Below, one piece after another: positions 36,069 to 47,825 of a DNA stretch of 64,000 nt. The stretch lies in assembly GCA_964291315.2 (NCBI GenBank), contig OZ219753.1:1320140-1384139 (forward strand), given 5' to 3'. Positions within the stretch are counted from its first letter, which is position 1. Every line of letters begins with the position of its first letter. Under the pieces are notes generated by a model. That model had not been told where the DNA came from. It did no database searches and saw only the letters and a program-made list of their open reading frames with translations. The position numbers were made by a program, and so were the translations under genes. Source of the DNA: Candidatus Poribacteria bacterium. GTDB lineage: Bacteria; Poribacteria; WGA-4E; WGA-3G.

Positions 36069-37112
36069 CTACCCTTCGTCTTCCGTGTCTTCTTCAGGAA
36101 TCGCCCCCGCTGTTGGGGGGAGTGACAGATTCAGCGATTCTCGTATCTTGGCTTCTATCTCTGCCATAATCTCCGGATTATCTTCGAGATATTTCTTAGA
36201 GTTCGTCCTGCCTTGACCGATGCGTTCTCCGTTGTAAGCGAACCAAGAGCCGCTCTTCTGAATAAATTCTCTGTCAACAGCAATATCTAAGAGATTGCCC
36301 TCTTTGGATATCCCCTTCCCGAAGGTCAAATCGTACTCTGTCTCTTTAAAAGGCGGGGCAACTTTATTCTTTACGACCTTGATCCGGACGCTACTCCCAA
36401 GGACGTCAGTACCCTCTTTGATCTGTTTACCGCGGCGGAGTTCTAAACGAACAGAGGCATGAAACTTAAGGGCGAGTCCACCCGGCGTCGTATCCGGGTT
36501 ACCGAACATGATTCCAATTTTTTGGCGGATCTGGTTGGTAAAAATGACACACGTCCGAGATTTATTGGTGACCCCCGACAATTTACGAAGTGCCTTAGAC
36601 ATCAAGCGAGGCAGCAGTCCAACGTGTGCATCGCCCATTTCGCCCTCAATTTCAGCTTGCGGGGTTAAGGCTGCCACAGAGTCAACAACAACGACATCAA
36701 TAGCCCCACTGCGAATGAGAGTCTCAACAATTTCCAAGGCTTGTTCCCCGGCATCAGGCTGCGCGATCAGCAAGTTTTCCATGTTGACCCCGATACTTCG
36801 AGCGTACGTCGTATCGAGGGCGTGCTCAACATCAATGAAGACAGCTGTGCCCCCCAATTTTTGGGCTTCAGCCACAATATGGAGCGCCAAAGTGGTTTTC
36901 CCTGTGCCTTCATGTCCAAAAATTTCGGTGATCCTGCCGCGCGGGACTCCCCCGACACCGAGCGCGAGGTCAAGTGAAAGAGCCCCTGTTGGAATTGCCT
37001 CAACAGGCACCACCTCGTCACTAGCGAGGCGCATAATGGAACCCTTACCAAATTCACGTTCTACTTGTGAGATCGCTTGGTTAATCGCTTGCTGCTTTTG
37101 TTCATCTTGCAT
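36069..37112 (-). CDS. recA: recombinase RecA
   Basis: 347 aa. Blocks read: [52 protein letters not shown]. The C-terminal tail is acidic. Confidence 0.95.
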   Translation of the reverse strand: MQDEQKQQAINQAISQVEREFGKGSIMRLASDEVVPVEAIPTGALSLDLALGVGGVPRGRITEIFGHEGTGKTTLALHIVAEAQKLGGTAVFIDVEHALDTTYARSIGVNMENLLIAQPDAGEQALEIVETLIRSGAIDVVVVDSVAALTPQAEIEGEMGDAHVGLLPRLMSKALRKLSGVTNKSRTCVIFTNQIRQKIGIMFGNPDTTPGGLALKFHASVRLELRRGKQIKEGTDVLGSSVRIKVVKNKVAPPFKETEYDLTFGKGISKEGNLLDIAVDREFIQKSGSWFAYNGERIGQGRTNSKKYLEDNPEIMAEIEAKIRESLNLSLPPTAGAIPEEDTEDEG

Positions 37113-37172
37113 GTTTTAGCGGTTTCTCCTTTATGGCACCTACTGCCAAAAATAGTTTTTTGTATTCTGGAA

Positions 37173-37757
37173 TTACGTAGAAAAATGACATAAGTTCAAC
37201 GGCGTATAGACCGCCCCGTTCGGATGCAGGCGACTCTGCATGAGTGTCATTTCGTTCACATTCATGAGAGCCCCGTCAATTGTATCGTATCGTTGTAGCA
37301 TGTCTCTCAACGGTTTCAGATTCATCGGAGCTCGAAGCCGGGCAACTGTAAGGTGTGGATGAAAACGTTTGTCTATAGCGAAACCGAGATGCCTTAGCTC
37401 AAGATTTACGACACTTGCAAGACGTGAGACGGTCGGCGCCCCATGTTTGACACCTACCCACAGCACACGCGGACGACTCAAATTTGGAAACGCCCCGATC
37501 TTACCGAATTCAATCGAAAAGGAGGATTGGACAGCTGCCAAGCTTTGCATGACTTTACCGACACCTTCAACTGCTGGCGCGTGAACATCGCCCAAAAACT
37601 TTAGCGTGAGATGAAAGTTTCCAAATTTTGTCCATGAAGCTTTACGAATCTCCGGGTTAAGGCAGGTTTGCATGTGTTGCAGCGACTTTTGTATCGATTG
37701 CGGTATCTCAATAGCCACAAAGCAGCGAACAATCCCACGTTTAGCCGCCATGATCAT
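37173..37757 (-). CDS. thpR: RNA 2',3'-cyclic phosphodiesterase (2H family, ThpR/LigT)
   Basis: 194 aa with two H-x-T-x motifs (HLTLKFLG and HPHLTVARL). Confidence 0.75.
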   Translation of the reverse strand: MIMAAKRGIVRCFVAIEIPQSIQKSLQHMQTCLNPEIRKASWTKFGNFHLTLKFLGDVHAPAVEGVGKVMQSLAAVQSSFSIEFGKIGAFPNLSRPRVLWVGVKHGAPTVSRLASVVNLELRHLGFAIDKRFHPHLTVARLRAPMNLKPLRDMLQRYDTIDGALMNVNEMTLMQSRLHPNGAVYTPLNLCHFST

Positions 37758-38374
37758 GCCCCTGTTTCCGGATCGTAACGTCTCAAATGCGCCAAGGCAA
37801 ACAAAAATTTGCGGTTGTTGACGAGAAATTCCACGCCGGATGCAACAGTGAGAATTAGGGGTAAAAGCATCATAAAAAAGATGGGGCCCCGGTTCCGCAC
37901 AATTAATGCCGAATTCAACTCGCTCTGAAAAGCGAGCAGAGCTAAACCCGCAGCCGCTACAATCAGCTGCGAAACCATCTTATACTTCCCCCATTGGCTT
38001 GCCGAAACAACTCGTCCATATTTTGTCATAAAAACGACTCGCAAAATTGTAACGAGGACTTCACGCCCCATGATGATGACAACCATCCACATCGGAATAA
38101 GCCCATCTTCAACATGTTTAAAGAAAGCGAGACAGAGTAAAGTAGCACCAATGAGCAGCTTGTCAGCAAGCGGATCCATAAATTTTCCGAAACTAGTCAC
38201 GCCTTGCCTTCGCGCGATTCTGCCATCAAGATTGTCTGTTACTGCCGCAATAAGAAAAATAATGAGCGCTGGAACCATCATATCTGTCTGAAAACAGAAT
38301 ATGAATGGCGGTATCAAGAATAAACGTAACAGCGTCAGAAGATTTGCTAACCGCAAAAGGACACTGAAATTCAT
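37754..38374 (-). CDS. pgsA: CDP-diacylglycerol--glycerol-3-phosphate 3-phosphatidyltransferase
   Basis: 206 aa and multi-TM. It carries the CDP-alcohol phosphatidyltransferase motif DNLDGRIARRQGVTSFGKFMDPLADK. Confidence 0.8.
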   Translation of the reverse strand: MNFSVLLRLANLLTLLRLFLIPPFIFCFQTDMMVPALIIFLIAAVTDNLDGRIARRQGVTSFGKFMDPLADKLLIGATLLCLAFFKHVEDGLIPMWMVVIIMGREVLVTILRVVFMTKYGRVVSASQWGKYKMVSQLIVAAAGLALLAFQSELNSALIVRNRGPIFFMMLLPLILTVASGVEFLVNNRKFLFALAHLRRYDPETGA

Positions 38375-38416
38375 ATTATATTGGAAAAATGTTAGAGATA
38401 CCCTAATCGGAGCTCT

Positions 38417-39163
38417 CTATTTTTTTTCGGAAAGATCGATCACCTCAGCATCTTCAGGCACAACAAACCTGAAAAGATCCCGTGCCAACTGTTTATCTCT
38501 TTCAATCTGTGTGAGCTTGACAATGACGCTCTGACGGGTTCCGTCCTCAAATCGGGTTTCGTAGCCAAATTGCACAGGTAGCCATTCACCCGTCTTTACC
38601 CAAATTTGCAGCGTTTCCTGGGCGTTCGTACTTACCATATGAAGTTTAGGCTGCAGCTCGATGTGATGGATCCCTTTCGGGTTTGCAAATTCGTCGGGAA
38701 TCAACGCCATATCATAGTTCTGTTGAACATTCTCAAGCGAGGCCCCGATACCGGGAAACAACTCTCGCCGTTCCGGATTGTTCAACTTCATCTTATTGAC
38801 TTGGTTGAGTATAGGTGTATAGGTCCAACCGTATTCCCCATCCAAAACAGTGAGTTGGACAACTTTTGAGGTATCTTTCCGATCGACGTATTCTTTGCGG
38901 AGCAGATTTGGTCTACGGAATATAAAGCGCCCACGGGCGACGCTCTTCTTATTCGCGAAGAGCGTGGTTTCCTCAAAGTTCGCACTAAAATTTTCAGACT
39001 TCTCATAAGCCGTTTTGAAATTATGAAAAATTTCATCGACAGTTTGAGGATATACACGGTTGGCAGATAGTAGGAAGAGGAGGATAACTGCTACCAGCCA
39101 CTTTTCAAAATGTGAGGGTTTGCGCAAAATTCTGCCTCTACCTCTATAGGTCCGCCGAATCAT
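38417..39163 (-). CDS. LolA-like outer-membrane lipoprotein carrier/sorting family protein
   Basis: 248 aa with a signal peptide. The F.ANFEETT....KSVARGRFIFRRPNLLRKEY pattern resembles LolA/LolB-fold proteins. This is a family-level call only. Confidence 0.45.
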   Translation of the reverse strand: MIRRTYRGRGRILRKPSHFEKWLVAVILLFLLSANRVYPQTVDEIFHNFKTAYEKSENFSANFEETTLFANKKSVARGRFIFRRPNLLRKEYVDRKDTSKVVQLTVLDGEYGWTYTPILNQVNKMKLNNPERRELFPGIGASLENVQQNYDMALIPDEFANPKGIHHIELQPKLHMVSTNAQETLQIWVKTGEWLPVQFGYETRFEDGTRQSVIVKLTQIERDKQLARDLFRFVVPEDAEVIDLSEKK

Positions 39164-39226
39164 TTCATCACCCTTTCCTATTTGACCAAATTGTGTGTTG
39201 GAAAACTAATTTCATACTATTATAGT

Positions 39227-39256
39227 ATTATAGCACAATCTATTTTCATATGTCAA
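39227..39256 (-). promoter_or_regulatory. near-consensus sigma70 promoter upstream of the lolA-like/pgsA/thpR/recA gene string
   Basis: On the minus strand: TTGACA (39256-39251), an 18-nt spacer ending in TGC, then TATAAT (39232-39227). Confidence 0.55.
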
Positions 39257-39262
39257 TCTTTT

Positions 39263-39640
39263 TCAATTAGCCAAGCGCGTCCAATCGGTTAGGATAACTT
39301 CAAGACCCTCGGGGTCGTCTAATGCACAAAAAACGAGACGCTCTAATACTTGGGCAATAGACTCATCGCGGAATATCGCCTGAAACCAGTTTGCAAAGCT
39401 CTTAATTGCCTCTGGAGATTCGGCAGATGCCCAGAAGACGACACGACAAAAATCGAGGCCTTCGTCCACCCGCTTGTCAGAAATCTGAACATTTTGCGGA
39501 AAATCCCGAAAAATCGGCAAAAGGTCCGCCACTAACATCACTAGGTCATGATTGAGATACGATATCTCTGGCAGAATATCGAAATGGACAGCATATTTAT
39601 GTAACGGTAAATCCTGGCGGATATCGCCTCGGTTTTGCAT
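39263..39640 (-). CDS. hypothetical protein
   Basis: 125-aa ORF with no recognisable motifs. It fills the gap between metH (divergent) and the lolA-like operon. Confidence 0.35.
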   Translation of the reverse strand: MQNRGDIRQDLPLHKYAVHFDILPEISYLNHDLVMLVADLLPIFRDFPQNVQISDKRVDEGLDFCRVVFWASAESPEAIKSFANWFQAIFRDESIAQVLERLVFCALDDPEGLEVILTDWTRLAN

Positions 39641-39773
39641 AGGTTTCTCCAGACTTTAAGTGGACAAAACGGTGTCCAACGTGGTATACTATCTTGTAGC
39701 TTTAATGCATAGGCACTAGGACGTTTGGGCAATGTAGGCACGTGCATCTATCAAAGGACACAATATATATTCT

Positions 39774-42700
39774 ATGGCACATTCTCAACAAATAACACTT
39801 AAAAATGAACTGAAGAAGCGGATCCTGGTCCTTGACGGGGCGATGGGATCACTGCTACAAACCTACCGATTGACAGAAGACGATTTCCGTGGGGAAAAAT
39901 TTGCCAATCACCCTTGTGAGCTCAAAGGTTACAACGATCTGCTTTCAATAACGCAACCCCACATCGTAAGAGAAATACATGCCAACTATTGCAATGCCGG
40001 GGCGGACATCATCGAAACAAATACCTTTACCAGTACATCGATATCAATGGCGGACTATCAGCTTCAGGATATTGCCTATCAAGTTAACTATGCAGCTGCA
40101 CGCATCGCCCGCGAGGTTGCAGATAAATGGACATCACCGGACAAACCACGTTTCGTTGCCGGGAGCATGGGACCTACCAATCGAAGCTGCTCCATTTCGC
40201 CACATGTGAACGATCCGGGCTATCGGAATATCACCTTTTCACAACTTGTCTCTGCATATACCACACAAGCGGAAGGCCTGATTGATGGCGGCGTTGACCT
40301 CATCCTTATCGAGACCGTCATGGATACACTTAACTGTAAAGCCGCACTCTTTGCCGTACAAGCCCTCATTGAAACAAGAGCTATTGACATGCCACTCATC
40401 GTCTCCTCCGACAGAAGCGGCGGCGGCGGCAGAAACCTCTCCGGACAAACAGTCGAAGCTTTTTGGAACTCTGTTCGACATGCCGATTTGAGCGCTGTAG
40501 GGCTGAACTGCGGCTTCGGCTCGCAACAGATTCGCCCCTACCTTGCCGAAATGTCCAAAATAGCCGATATACCTGTTATCTGTTATCCGAACGCCGGGCT
40601 TCCGAATGAACTCGGACACTACACACAGACCCCCGAAGAAATGGGTAATTGGATGCGCGAATTCGCAGAAAACCAACTCGTCAACATCGTCGGCGGTTGC
40701 TGCGGCAGCCACCCTGAACATATTGAAGCTGTTGCTAAGATCGCCGCTGAATACCCACCCCGCGAACCTAGACCACAAAAACACGCCTGCCGCCTCAGCG
40801 GCTTGGAGGCGTTCAACATCACGCCCGACTCTCTCTTTGTTAACGTTGGAGAACGCACAAACGTAACGGGATCGCGCCGATTCGCAACACTCATCAAAAA
40901 CGATGACTATGAGACAGCCTTAGAAGTGGCACGTGACCAAGTGGAAAACGGGGCACAGATGGTTGACATCAACATGGACGCGAGTATGTTAGACGCCAAA
41001 ACCGCAATGGTCAAGTTCCTTAACCTCATTGCAGCAGAACCCGACATCAGTCGAGTGCCTATCATGCTAGATTCCAGCCGATGGGAGGTTATAGAAGCAG
41101 GATTAGCGTGTGTTCAGGGCAAGGGTGTCGTCAACTCAATTAGTTTAAAAGAGGGCGAGGAAGACTTCTTATCAAAGGCACGCCAAGTCCGCCAATATGG
41201 TGCAGCGGTTATCGTCATGGCCTTCGACGAAGACGGACAAGCGGATACCCGCGAACGGAAGGTGGAAATCTGCCGTAGAGCATATCGACTCTTGACAGAA
41301 GAGGCCGGGTTGCCCCCAGAGGACATTATCTTCGATCCCAATATTTTTGCGGTTGCAACAGGTATTGAGGAACATAACGCATACGCAAAGGCATTTATAG
41401 AGGCGTGTGAAGAAATCAAAACCGCATGCCCACACGCCCTCCTCAGTGGCGGTGTCAGCAATATTTCATTCGCTTTCCGGGGTAATGATGCCATCAGAGA
41501 GGCGATGCACGCAGCCTTTCTCTATCATGCGATTAACGCCGGCATGGACATGGGAATCGTCAACGCCGGGCAGCTCGCTGTCTATGACGATTTGCCAAAG
41601 CCACTTTTGGAGGCAGTAGAAGATGTTTTGTTCGATCGCAGAGAAGACGCGACCGAACGCCTCGTTAATCTCGCTAACACGCTGCGCGGAAAAGGCAAAA
41701 AGAAGCGTGTGAATCGGAGATGGCGCAAATTGCCGGTTGAAGAGCGACTCCGTCATGCACTCGTTGAAGGAATCCTTGAATACATTGAAGCGGACACAGA
41801 GGAAGCACGGCAAAGCTACGAACGTCCGATACAGGTGATTGAGGGGCCATTGATGGACGGCATGAACCGCGTCGGTGAACTTTTTGGGGACGGGAAAATG
41901 TTCCTACCCCAAGTGGTGAAAAGCGCACGCGTGATGAAAAAAGCTGTCGCACACCTCACCCCCTACATTGAAAAGGAACAAGCAGCCGGCGCTATCCCAT
42001 CGAGAGGCAAAATTGTGATGGCAACCGTGAAGGGCGATGTTCACGACATCGGGAAAAATATCGTCGGAGTTGTACTCGGATGCAACAACTACGATATTGT
42101 CGACCTCGGGGTCATGGTCCCTGCAGAAGATATACTGGAAACCGCTCGCAAAGAAAACGCTGATATCATCGGATTGAGTGGACTCATCACTCCTTCATTA
42201 GATGAAATGGTAAACGTCGCCGAAGAGATGGAACGTGAAGGTTTTCGGATACCGCTGCTCATCGGCGGGGCGACGACCTCAAAGGTGCATACCGCTGTTC
42301 AGATCGAAACGGCTTATAGCGGCTTAACAGTTCACGTCAAAGATGCCTCCCGAAGCGTGGGGGTTGTCGGCAATTTAATGAACAACGAAAAACAGCAGAA
42401 ATTCACACAGCAGACGCGGGAGGAATACGCAGATATTCGGGAACGACGTGCAAAACATCGGAAACAGGCGAAGCTGCTACCGTTTGACGTGGCACAACAG
42501 CGGAAATTTACGCCGGATTGGCGGAGCTATCGCCCCGCTACGCCCCAACAGCTCGGCACCCAAGTCTTTGACGATTATCCGTTAGCCAAACTCATAGATT
42601 ATATCGATTGGAGCCCCTTTTTCACCACCTGGGGACTCCGCGGGAAATACCCCGATATCTTGGAACACGCGGACGTCGGGACGGAAGCCCGTAGACTGCT

Positions 42701-43445
42701 TAAAGACGCAAAAACACTTCTCTATACCATCATTGAGCAGAAAAAACTCCAAGCCCGGGCTGTTGTCGGGCTTTTCCCAGCCAACGCGGTTAGCGAAGAT
42801 ACTGAGATTTACGCAGACAACGCACGAACAAAGGTGACCGCTACGGTGCACCACCTCCGTCAACAGACAGAACAACCTTTTATGAGACCCAACCTGAGCC
42901 TCGGTGATTTCATCGCCCCCAAGGCAACAGGCATTCAAGATTATATCGGGGCTTTTGCTCTAACAACTGGGAGCGGCGTCTCTGAGCTGTGTGCTGAATT
43001 TGAGCGGAAGCAGGACGATTATAACAGTATTATGACAAAGGCACTAGCAGACCGCCTGGCAGAGGCATTCGCGGAAAAGATACATCAACACGTCCGGACA
43101 ACACTTTGGGGCTACATCCCAGATGAGGCACTGGATAACGCGGCTTTAATCGCCGAACGGTATCGCGGAATTCGCCCCGCACCAGGCTACCCCGCCTGTC
43201 CCGACCACAATCAAAAACGGGTGTTGTTTGACTTGCTGAACGTTACAGAAAACACCGGGATCGCTCTCACTGAAAACCTAGCGATGTTCCCAGCCGCATC
43301 TGTGAGTGGATGGTACTATTCCCACCCAGATGCCCGATATTTCAGCATTGCCAGAATTGGGGAAGATCAAGCCGCGAACTATGCAGAACGAATTGGAATG
43401 GACCTAGAGACAGCAAACCGGTGGCTTAAGCCGCTGCTGACATGA
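39774..43445 (+). CDS. metH: cobalamin-dependent methionine synthase
   Basis: 1223 aa. It has an Hcy-binding N-terminus and a pterin-binding domain. The B12-binding motifs are [11 protein letters not shown] and [10 protein letters not shown]. The AdoMet-activation domain carries [12 protein letters not shown]. Confidence 0.95.
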   Translation: MAHSQQITLKNELKKRILVLDGAMGSLLQTYRLTEDDFRGEKFANHPCELKGYNDLLSITQPHIVREIHANYCNAGADIIETNTFTSTSISMADYQLQDIAYQVNYAAARIAREVADKWTSPDKPRFVAGSMGPTNRSCSISPHVNDPGYRNITFSQLVSAYTTQAEGLIDGGVDLILIETVMDTLNCKAALFAVQALIETRAIDMPLIVSSDRSGGGGRNLSGQTVEAFWNSVRHADLSAVGLNCGFGSQQIRPYLAEMSKIADIPVICYPNAGLPNELGHYTQTPEEMGNWMREFAENQLVNIVGGCCGSHPEHIEAVAKIAAEYPPREPRPQKHACRLSGLEAFNITPDSLFVNVGERTNVTGSRRFATLIKNDDYETALEVARDQVENGAQMVDINMDASMLDAKTAMVKFLNLIAAEPDISRVPIMLDSSRWEVIEAGLACVQGKGVVNSISLKEGEEDFLSKARQVRQYGAAVIVMAFDEDGQADTRERKVEICRRAYRLLTEEAGLPPEDIIFDPNIFAVATGIEEHNAYAKAFIEACEEIKTACPHALLSGGVSNISFAFRGNDAIREAMHAAFLYHAINAGMDMGIVNAGQLAVYDDLPKPLLEAVEDVLFDRREDATERLVNLANTLRGKGKKKRVNRRWRKLPVEERLRHALVEGILEYIEADTEEARQSYERPIQVIEGPLMDGMNRVGELFGDGKMFLPQVVKSARVMKKAVAHLTPYIEKEQAAGAIPSRGKIVMATVKGDVHDIGKNIVGVVLGCNNYDIVDLGVMVPAEDILETARKENADIIGLSGLITPSLDEMVNVAEEMEREGFRIPLLIGGATTSKVHTAVQIETAYSGLTVHVKDASRSVGVVGNLMNNEKQQKFTQQTREEYADIRERRAKHRKQAKLLPFDVAQQRKFTPDWRSYRPATPQQLGTQVFDDYPLAKLIDYIDWSPFFTTWGLRGKYPDILEHADVGTEARRLLKDAKTLLYTIIEQKKLQARAVVGLFPANAVSEDTEIYADNARTKVTATVHHLRQQTEQPFMRPNLSLGDFIAPKATGIQDYIGAFALTTGSGVSELCAEFERKQDDYNSIMTKALADRLAEAFAEKIHQHVRTTLWGYIPDEALDNAALIAERYRGIRPAPGYPACPDHNQKRVLFDLLNVTENTGIALTENLAMFPAASVSGWYYSHPDARYFSIARIGEDQAANYAERIGMDLETANRWLKPLLT

Positions 43446-43550
43446 AAAAATTGCGCTTTTGACAGATTGCCGTAGCGGCGAAGCCGCCGCGCAACTAATA
43501 GCTGGCTACGATACAAACAAAAACCGTTCCATCTTCTATAAAGAAACCTT

Positions 43551-44441
43551 ATGCAAACATCACATAAATATTTAGACCCGGTCGCCCTTTCCCGGATTGG
43601 CGGGTTAGAGCTTGTTGCAAGGCTCGTCGTTGAGGGATTCGTCACGGGCTTGCACAAGAGTCCATATCAAGGATTTAGCGTCGAATTCGCAGAACACAGG
43701 CAATATATGCCAGGCGATGAAATCCGCTATATCGATTGGAAAGTCTACGGAAAATCCGATCGGTATTATATCAAAAAATTTGAGGAGGAAACCAATCTGC
43801 GGGCATACCTTCTCCTTGATAAGAGTGCATCCATGAACTACAAGCATGCAGAGGACGGGTTGACGAAGTTTGAATACGGTTGTTATCTCGCAGCAACCCT
43901 CACCTACCTTATGCTGAAGCAACGGGACTCCGTCGGACTAGCGCTCTTCGATACCGCTATCACACAATATATTCCGCCAAGAGGCGCCGCAACGCACCTA
44001 CGGGCAATTATGACCGCCTTGGAAAATGCGACTCCGGGACAGGAAACACGGTTGAGCAGCCTCTTCCACGAACTCGCCAAACGCATCGTGAGACGTGGGT
44101 TAGTTATTGTTATCTCCGATCTGCTCGACGATCCCTCGCAAGTCATTTCCGCCTTGAAGCATCTACGGCATAAGAAACACGAAGTGATTGTCTTTCATCT
44201 ACTCGATCCTGCCGAACTCGCCTTCCCTTACACCGGTTCTGTCGTCTTTCGCGATATGGAAACAGGACAAACGCTTTCAACACAAGCCGATACGTTAAAA
44301 ACAGATTATCTTCAGAAACTCAACGAGTTTATCCAGAGCTATCGTAGAGGCTGCGGCGCAAGCCAGATTGATTATATTCAGATGGATACCGCAACGCCCT
44401 TTGATTACGCACTATCTGCCTATCTATCCCGCCGAAAATAG
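43551..44441 (+). CDS. DUF58 (vWA-like) domain protein
   Basis: 296 aa. Blocks read: FAEHRQYMPGDEIRYIDWKVYGKSDRYYIKKFEEE and LLLDKSASM. These are typical of DUF58 proteins, which are usually partnered with MoxR; no MoxR gene is adjacent here. Confidence 0.7.
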   Translation: MQTSHKYLDPVALSRIGGLELVARLVVEGFVTGLHKSPYQGFSVEFAEHRQYMPGDEIRYIDWKVYGKSDRYYIKKFEEETNLRAYLLLDKSASMNYKHAEDGLTKFEYGCYLAATLTYLMLKQRDSVGLALFDTAITQYIPPRGAATHLRAIMTALENATPGQETRLSSLFHELAKRIVRRGLVIVISDLLDDPSQVISALKHLRHKKHEVIVFHLLDPAELAFPYTGSVVFRDMETGQTLSTQADTLKTDYLQKLNEFIQSYRRGCGASQIDYIQMDTATPFDYALSAYLSRRK

Positions 44442-44479
44442 TCTTCCCCTCGGACATTAACCGTTCTCTTAGAGGGTTT

Positions 44480-47400
44480 CTACCATAGGATTGTGTCGAT
44501 TTGCTGCATGAGGGTGAGGGTCTCCGCAATAGAGACTAAGATGGCACGATAATGCCGTACCTCCTCATGACGCAACACCTCCCCGCGACGATCCCGAAGC
44601 CACTTCTCACAGACCTGATACGAGCCGATCTTATACGCCCAGACCTCCGGCGGTACGTCTGTGAAATATTGCGTGGCATTCATCCAAACCGCGCCCTCCA
44701 CATAACGCACCTTTCCGACAACGCCATCTCCCACGCCCTCAAAGCGGTGACGCGCCGGAATTTCTACGTCTTTCAAGAGGTGCCAGTTCATGAGGTGCTG
44801 CCCGAGCGATGCGAGTGTGTGGAACTGCTCGCTGTTGCGCGGCATGGGGATACGCGGGTAGTCGTATTTGAGGAAGTCGTAGTACCGTTTGCGATAGGTG
44901 GGGCTATGGAGCAGTGCGTAGAGATAGGCGAGGATCTGCTCGGGTGAGACGCGTTCGGGCAGCTGGAAGGGTTGAACCTGCTGGGCATCCAGCGCCTCTG
45001 AGAGCGCGGTGAGAAAGGTTGGTTTGAAATTGAGGGAGCGTTCTGTGTTAAGTCCTAATTCTTTGGGGTTTGGATAGAGATAGAGCGGGAATACATGGGT
45101 GGGACCGTCTTTATTTGAGATACAACAGGCATCGGTAATCTCGTTGGTAACAAAGACGTGCTGCCATGTGGTAGAGCTTTTGAAGCTGCGGTATGTGCCG
45201 AGGGCAAGGTTTTCTTTTTGCAAATGCGGCATAATCGCCGGTCGTGGCCTACAGTGAAAGCCGCGCGACCGTCCTGTGTAGTAGGTCCAGCGCGTGTCAA
45301 ACGGCCGGTAATTGATCGGCACAATGTGCTCTTCTGTGTTCGGATGATTGCGGAGGTCTGCTTGGGCGAGATGTACCTTCCAATCTTGGCTGTCTTTTGG
45401 CAACCCGTATTTTTCGCGGGCCTTGTCTACAGGGAGCGAGACAAAGTCGGTTACGGTGTCGCGAACATCTTCGGCAGTGCGATGGATTGTTAACTTATCT
45501 CGGGCGGTAACAATCCCGATTGAGCTTGCTTGAAAGATGTCGGTTATCCTCCATCCGACTTCGTATTCCTCTATGTGTTGCGTGTGACGTGGCACGAAAT
45601 GATAGAACGGGGAGTCGGGGGTGAGCTCTGTCCACGTTGTGCTCTGAACATCGGTATTGAGGAGGGTTTCGTATTTTTCTACGCGACTGCCCCACACGTC
45701 GGCATAGTAGATTTTCGCGGGTGCAGGGTTGTGCGGCTCTTTAACACAGAACAGAATGGCTGTTCCCTGCAGAATATCAAAGACGTTCTCATCGGTTTTA
45801 CCTTCGGGGACAATCTCTCCGATTCTAACGCTGCCGTGCAAGTTAAGACAGTAGATGGTGTTGAAGCTGTTGATCAGGCTCTGTCGCATACCGCGAAAGA
45901 TGATACCGTACAGAAACCCGTTATTTACGATGTATCCAACAACGCCTTCTCCATTTTTATCAATGCGCCATTGTGCCCACCGGATAAATTTGACGTAGTC
46001 ACTTTGAAGGGCTTGAACGTTTTGTTCTGTCATCCGTGCGCCATCGACGCTCCTATAATCTTCCATGAGCTGCCCGATGAAGTTTAAGCTTTTATCAGCG
46101 TTCCGGTTTGGATTGGCAGAGCTCCGTGGATAGGGTGGGTTGCCGAGGACGACGAGGAGGGTTCGTCGCGTTTCACTGACAACGCAGCGTTCGCCTCCTC
46201 GGAGATGAACTCCGTGAACGGCAACGGCGATTGCATCTCTTGCGGCTGTTCTAGTGTGTTGGTGAGGTAGATGCGTAGACGCTCATCCGCACGCCAGCCT
46301 TGCGATTCTAAGAAGAGACCCAACTTCAAGTGTGCGATGGTATACGGCGCAACAAGCAGCTCAAATCCAAAGAGGCGACGCACCAGATCCCCGTTGATAT
46401 ACTGTGCCCATTCCCCCGAGCCGTAGGTCGAGGTGACAGAAGCCTGGATCTGCTCAAGCACTGCCAACAGAAAGCCGCCCGTCCCCGTCGCTGGGTCGAG
46501 GATGAGCGTATCGGTATCCGCGAGACCGTCCGATCTACCGAGCTCTGTTTTCAAGAGGCTATCAACAGACCGCACAATATACGAGATCACCTGGGGCGGC
46601 GTATAGTAGACACCCCGATCAACCCGACGCTCCGGATTATACGCAGCGAGGAAGGTCTCATAGAAGTGGATAACAGGATCCTCGGCGTGAGTTCCCGGAG
46701 AAAATGCCGTGCGGATCATCTCTGTCTGCACGTTTCGCAGGAGCGTTGCGATGTCGTCGAGGATATAGATGACGTTCGCCTCTAGCGTTGGCGATGCGAT
46801 CTGATGAAAGAGCTGCACAAGAAATGGGTTGGATTTCGGAAGGGCTCCTGCGGCGGTGTGTCGTGAGAAGTTTGTGGCGTTCGGCAGCGTGCATCGGGCG
46901 GCGAATAGTCCATAGGCGAGCGTCTGTGCATACATATCCGCAAAATCAGCGGGGGTCAATGTAGAGAGCAGCAGCTCCTTGAAGGCGGAGAACATCCGAT
47001 AGAGGTTGCTGTTTTCATTAGTGAGTGCAGCGGCGACTTGCACCTGTAGCTCTCGGGTGCGTCTGGCGAGGTATCTGGCGAGCACCTCTGGTGTGGCGAT
47101 CTGAACGGGTTTGGCGTTTAGGAACCGTTCCAATAACATCTCCAAGTTTGCGGTGCCGTCTCCGGCGCGTGCTTGTGCGTGGAGTTGTCCGTCTGTCCAG
47201 AGCTGGAAGTCGACGAAGTTGGTCAGGATAAAGTTATCTAGGTTTTCGGTAAATCGTTTGTTCTGCTCTTGTGCGTGTCCTGTGAGCTTGTTGAGGTCTC
47301 TGCGGTATGACTCTGCTTCGATGTAGCCGATGGGGAGCAGTCCGTCTATTGCGACGAAGTCGGGTCTGCCGATCTGCTCGATATTTTTCGATTCTTGGAG

Positions 47401-47556
47401 GAAGTGTATGGTATTTCTGTGGAAGTGGTTAGCGGTTGTTTCCGCGAGGAATGCGTGTAGGTGTGGGAAGAGTGAGAGCTCTGGTGTTGCTGCGGTGTTG
47501 GCGCGGGTGTGTTGTATTCTCTGTAGGTAGCGGTTGGTGCGGGTGTGGAAGTCCAT
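44480..47556 (-). pseudogene. type IIG / type ISP-like N6-adenine DNA methyltransferase-specificity protein (YeeA-like), split by a frameshift
   Basis: The upstream ORF (46084-47556) carries motif I (LILDPATGTGGFL). Motif IV can be read only in the +1 frame across the ORF junction: LLVVLGNPPYPRSSANPNRNADKSLNFIGQL, which runs straight into MEDYRSVDG..., the start of ORF 44480-46066. The downstream part has DYVKFIRWAQWRI...YCLNLHGS, typical of this family. A fourth C in the CCC run (+ strand GGG, 46159-46161) would restore ...KRDEPLLVVLGNPPY. Confidence 0.7.
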
Positions 47557-47825
47557 ATGTTGTTTTGAGATTAATCCTGTTTAGGTTGAGGTGGCACAGA
47601 CGGGTCGTCTATGCTACAAGAAGTGTCTGGGCTACACACAATGGTTTATTTCTGACGTTTACGTTATTATACGGGTTTTGGTGGTTAGGTGCAAGTGTTT
47701 TCTGGGATCACATAACGTTTTGGAGCAGACGAAGTGCTTGAAAACTAGAAGTGGGCGTGGTATATTTAAGTTGATGGTTTCTGCTTATTAACTGAACTTT
47801 GGACAGCCTGGAAAAGGGGTTTATC

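Noticed and set aside
39641-39773. Possible cobalamin or SAM riboswitch in front of metH
   Set aside because: The leader is only ~130 nt, contains no B12-box-like GCCACTG core, and shows no extended conserved helices that I could find.
43551-44441. DUF58 gene as part of a MoxR/vWA (BatA-like) system
   Set aside because: No MoxR AAA+ ATPase or vWA/Bat genes are adjacent in this window. Only the isolated DUF58 gene can be supported.
8155-47556. Mobile-element explanation for the accessory regions (transposase, integrase, tRNA attachment site)
   Set aside because: No transposase, integrase or recombinase ORF was found. No terminal inverted repeats of IS type and no tRNA gene were found anywhere in the window.
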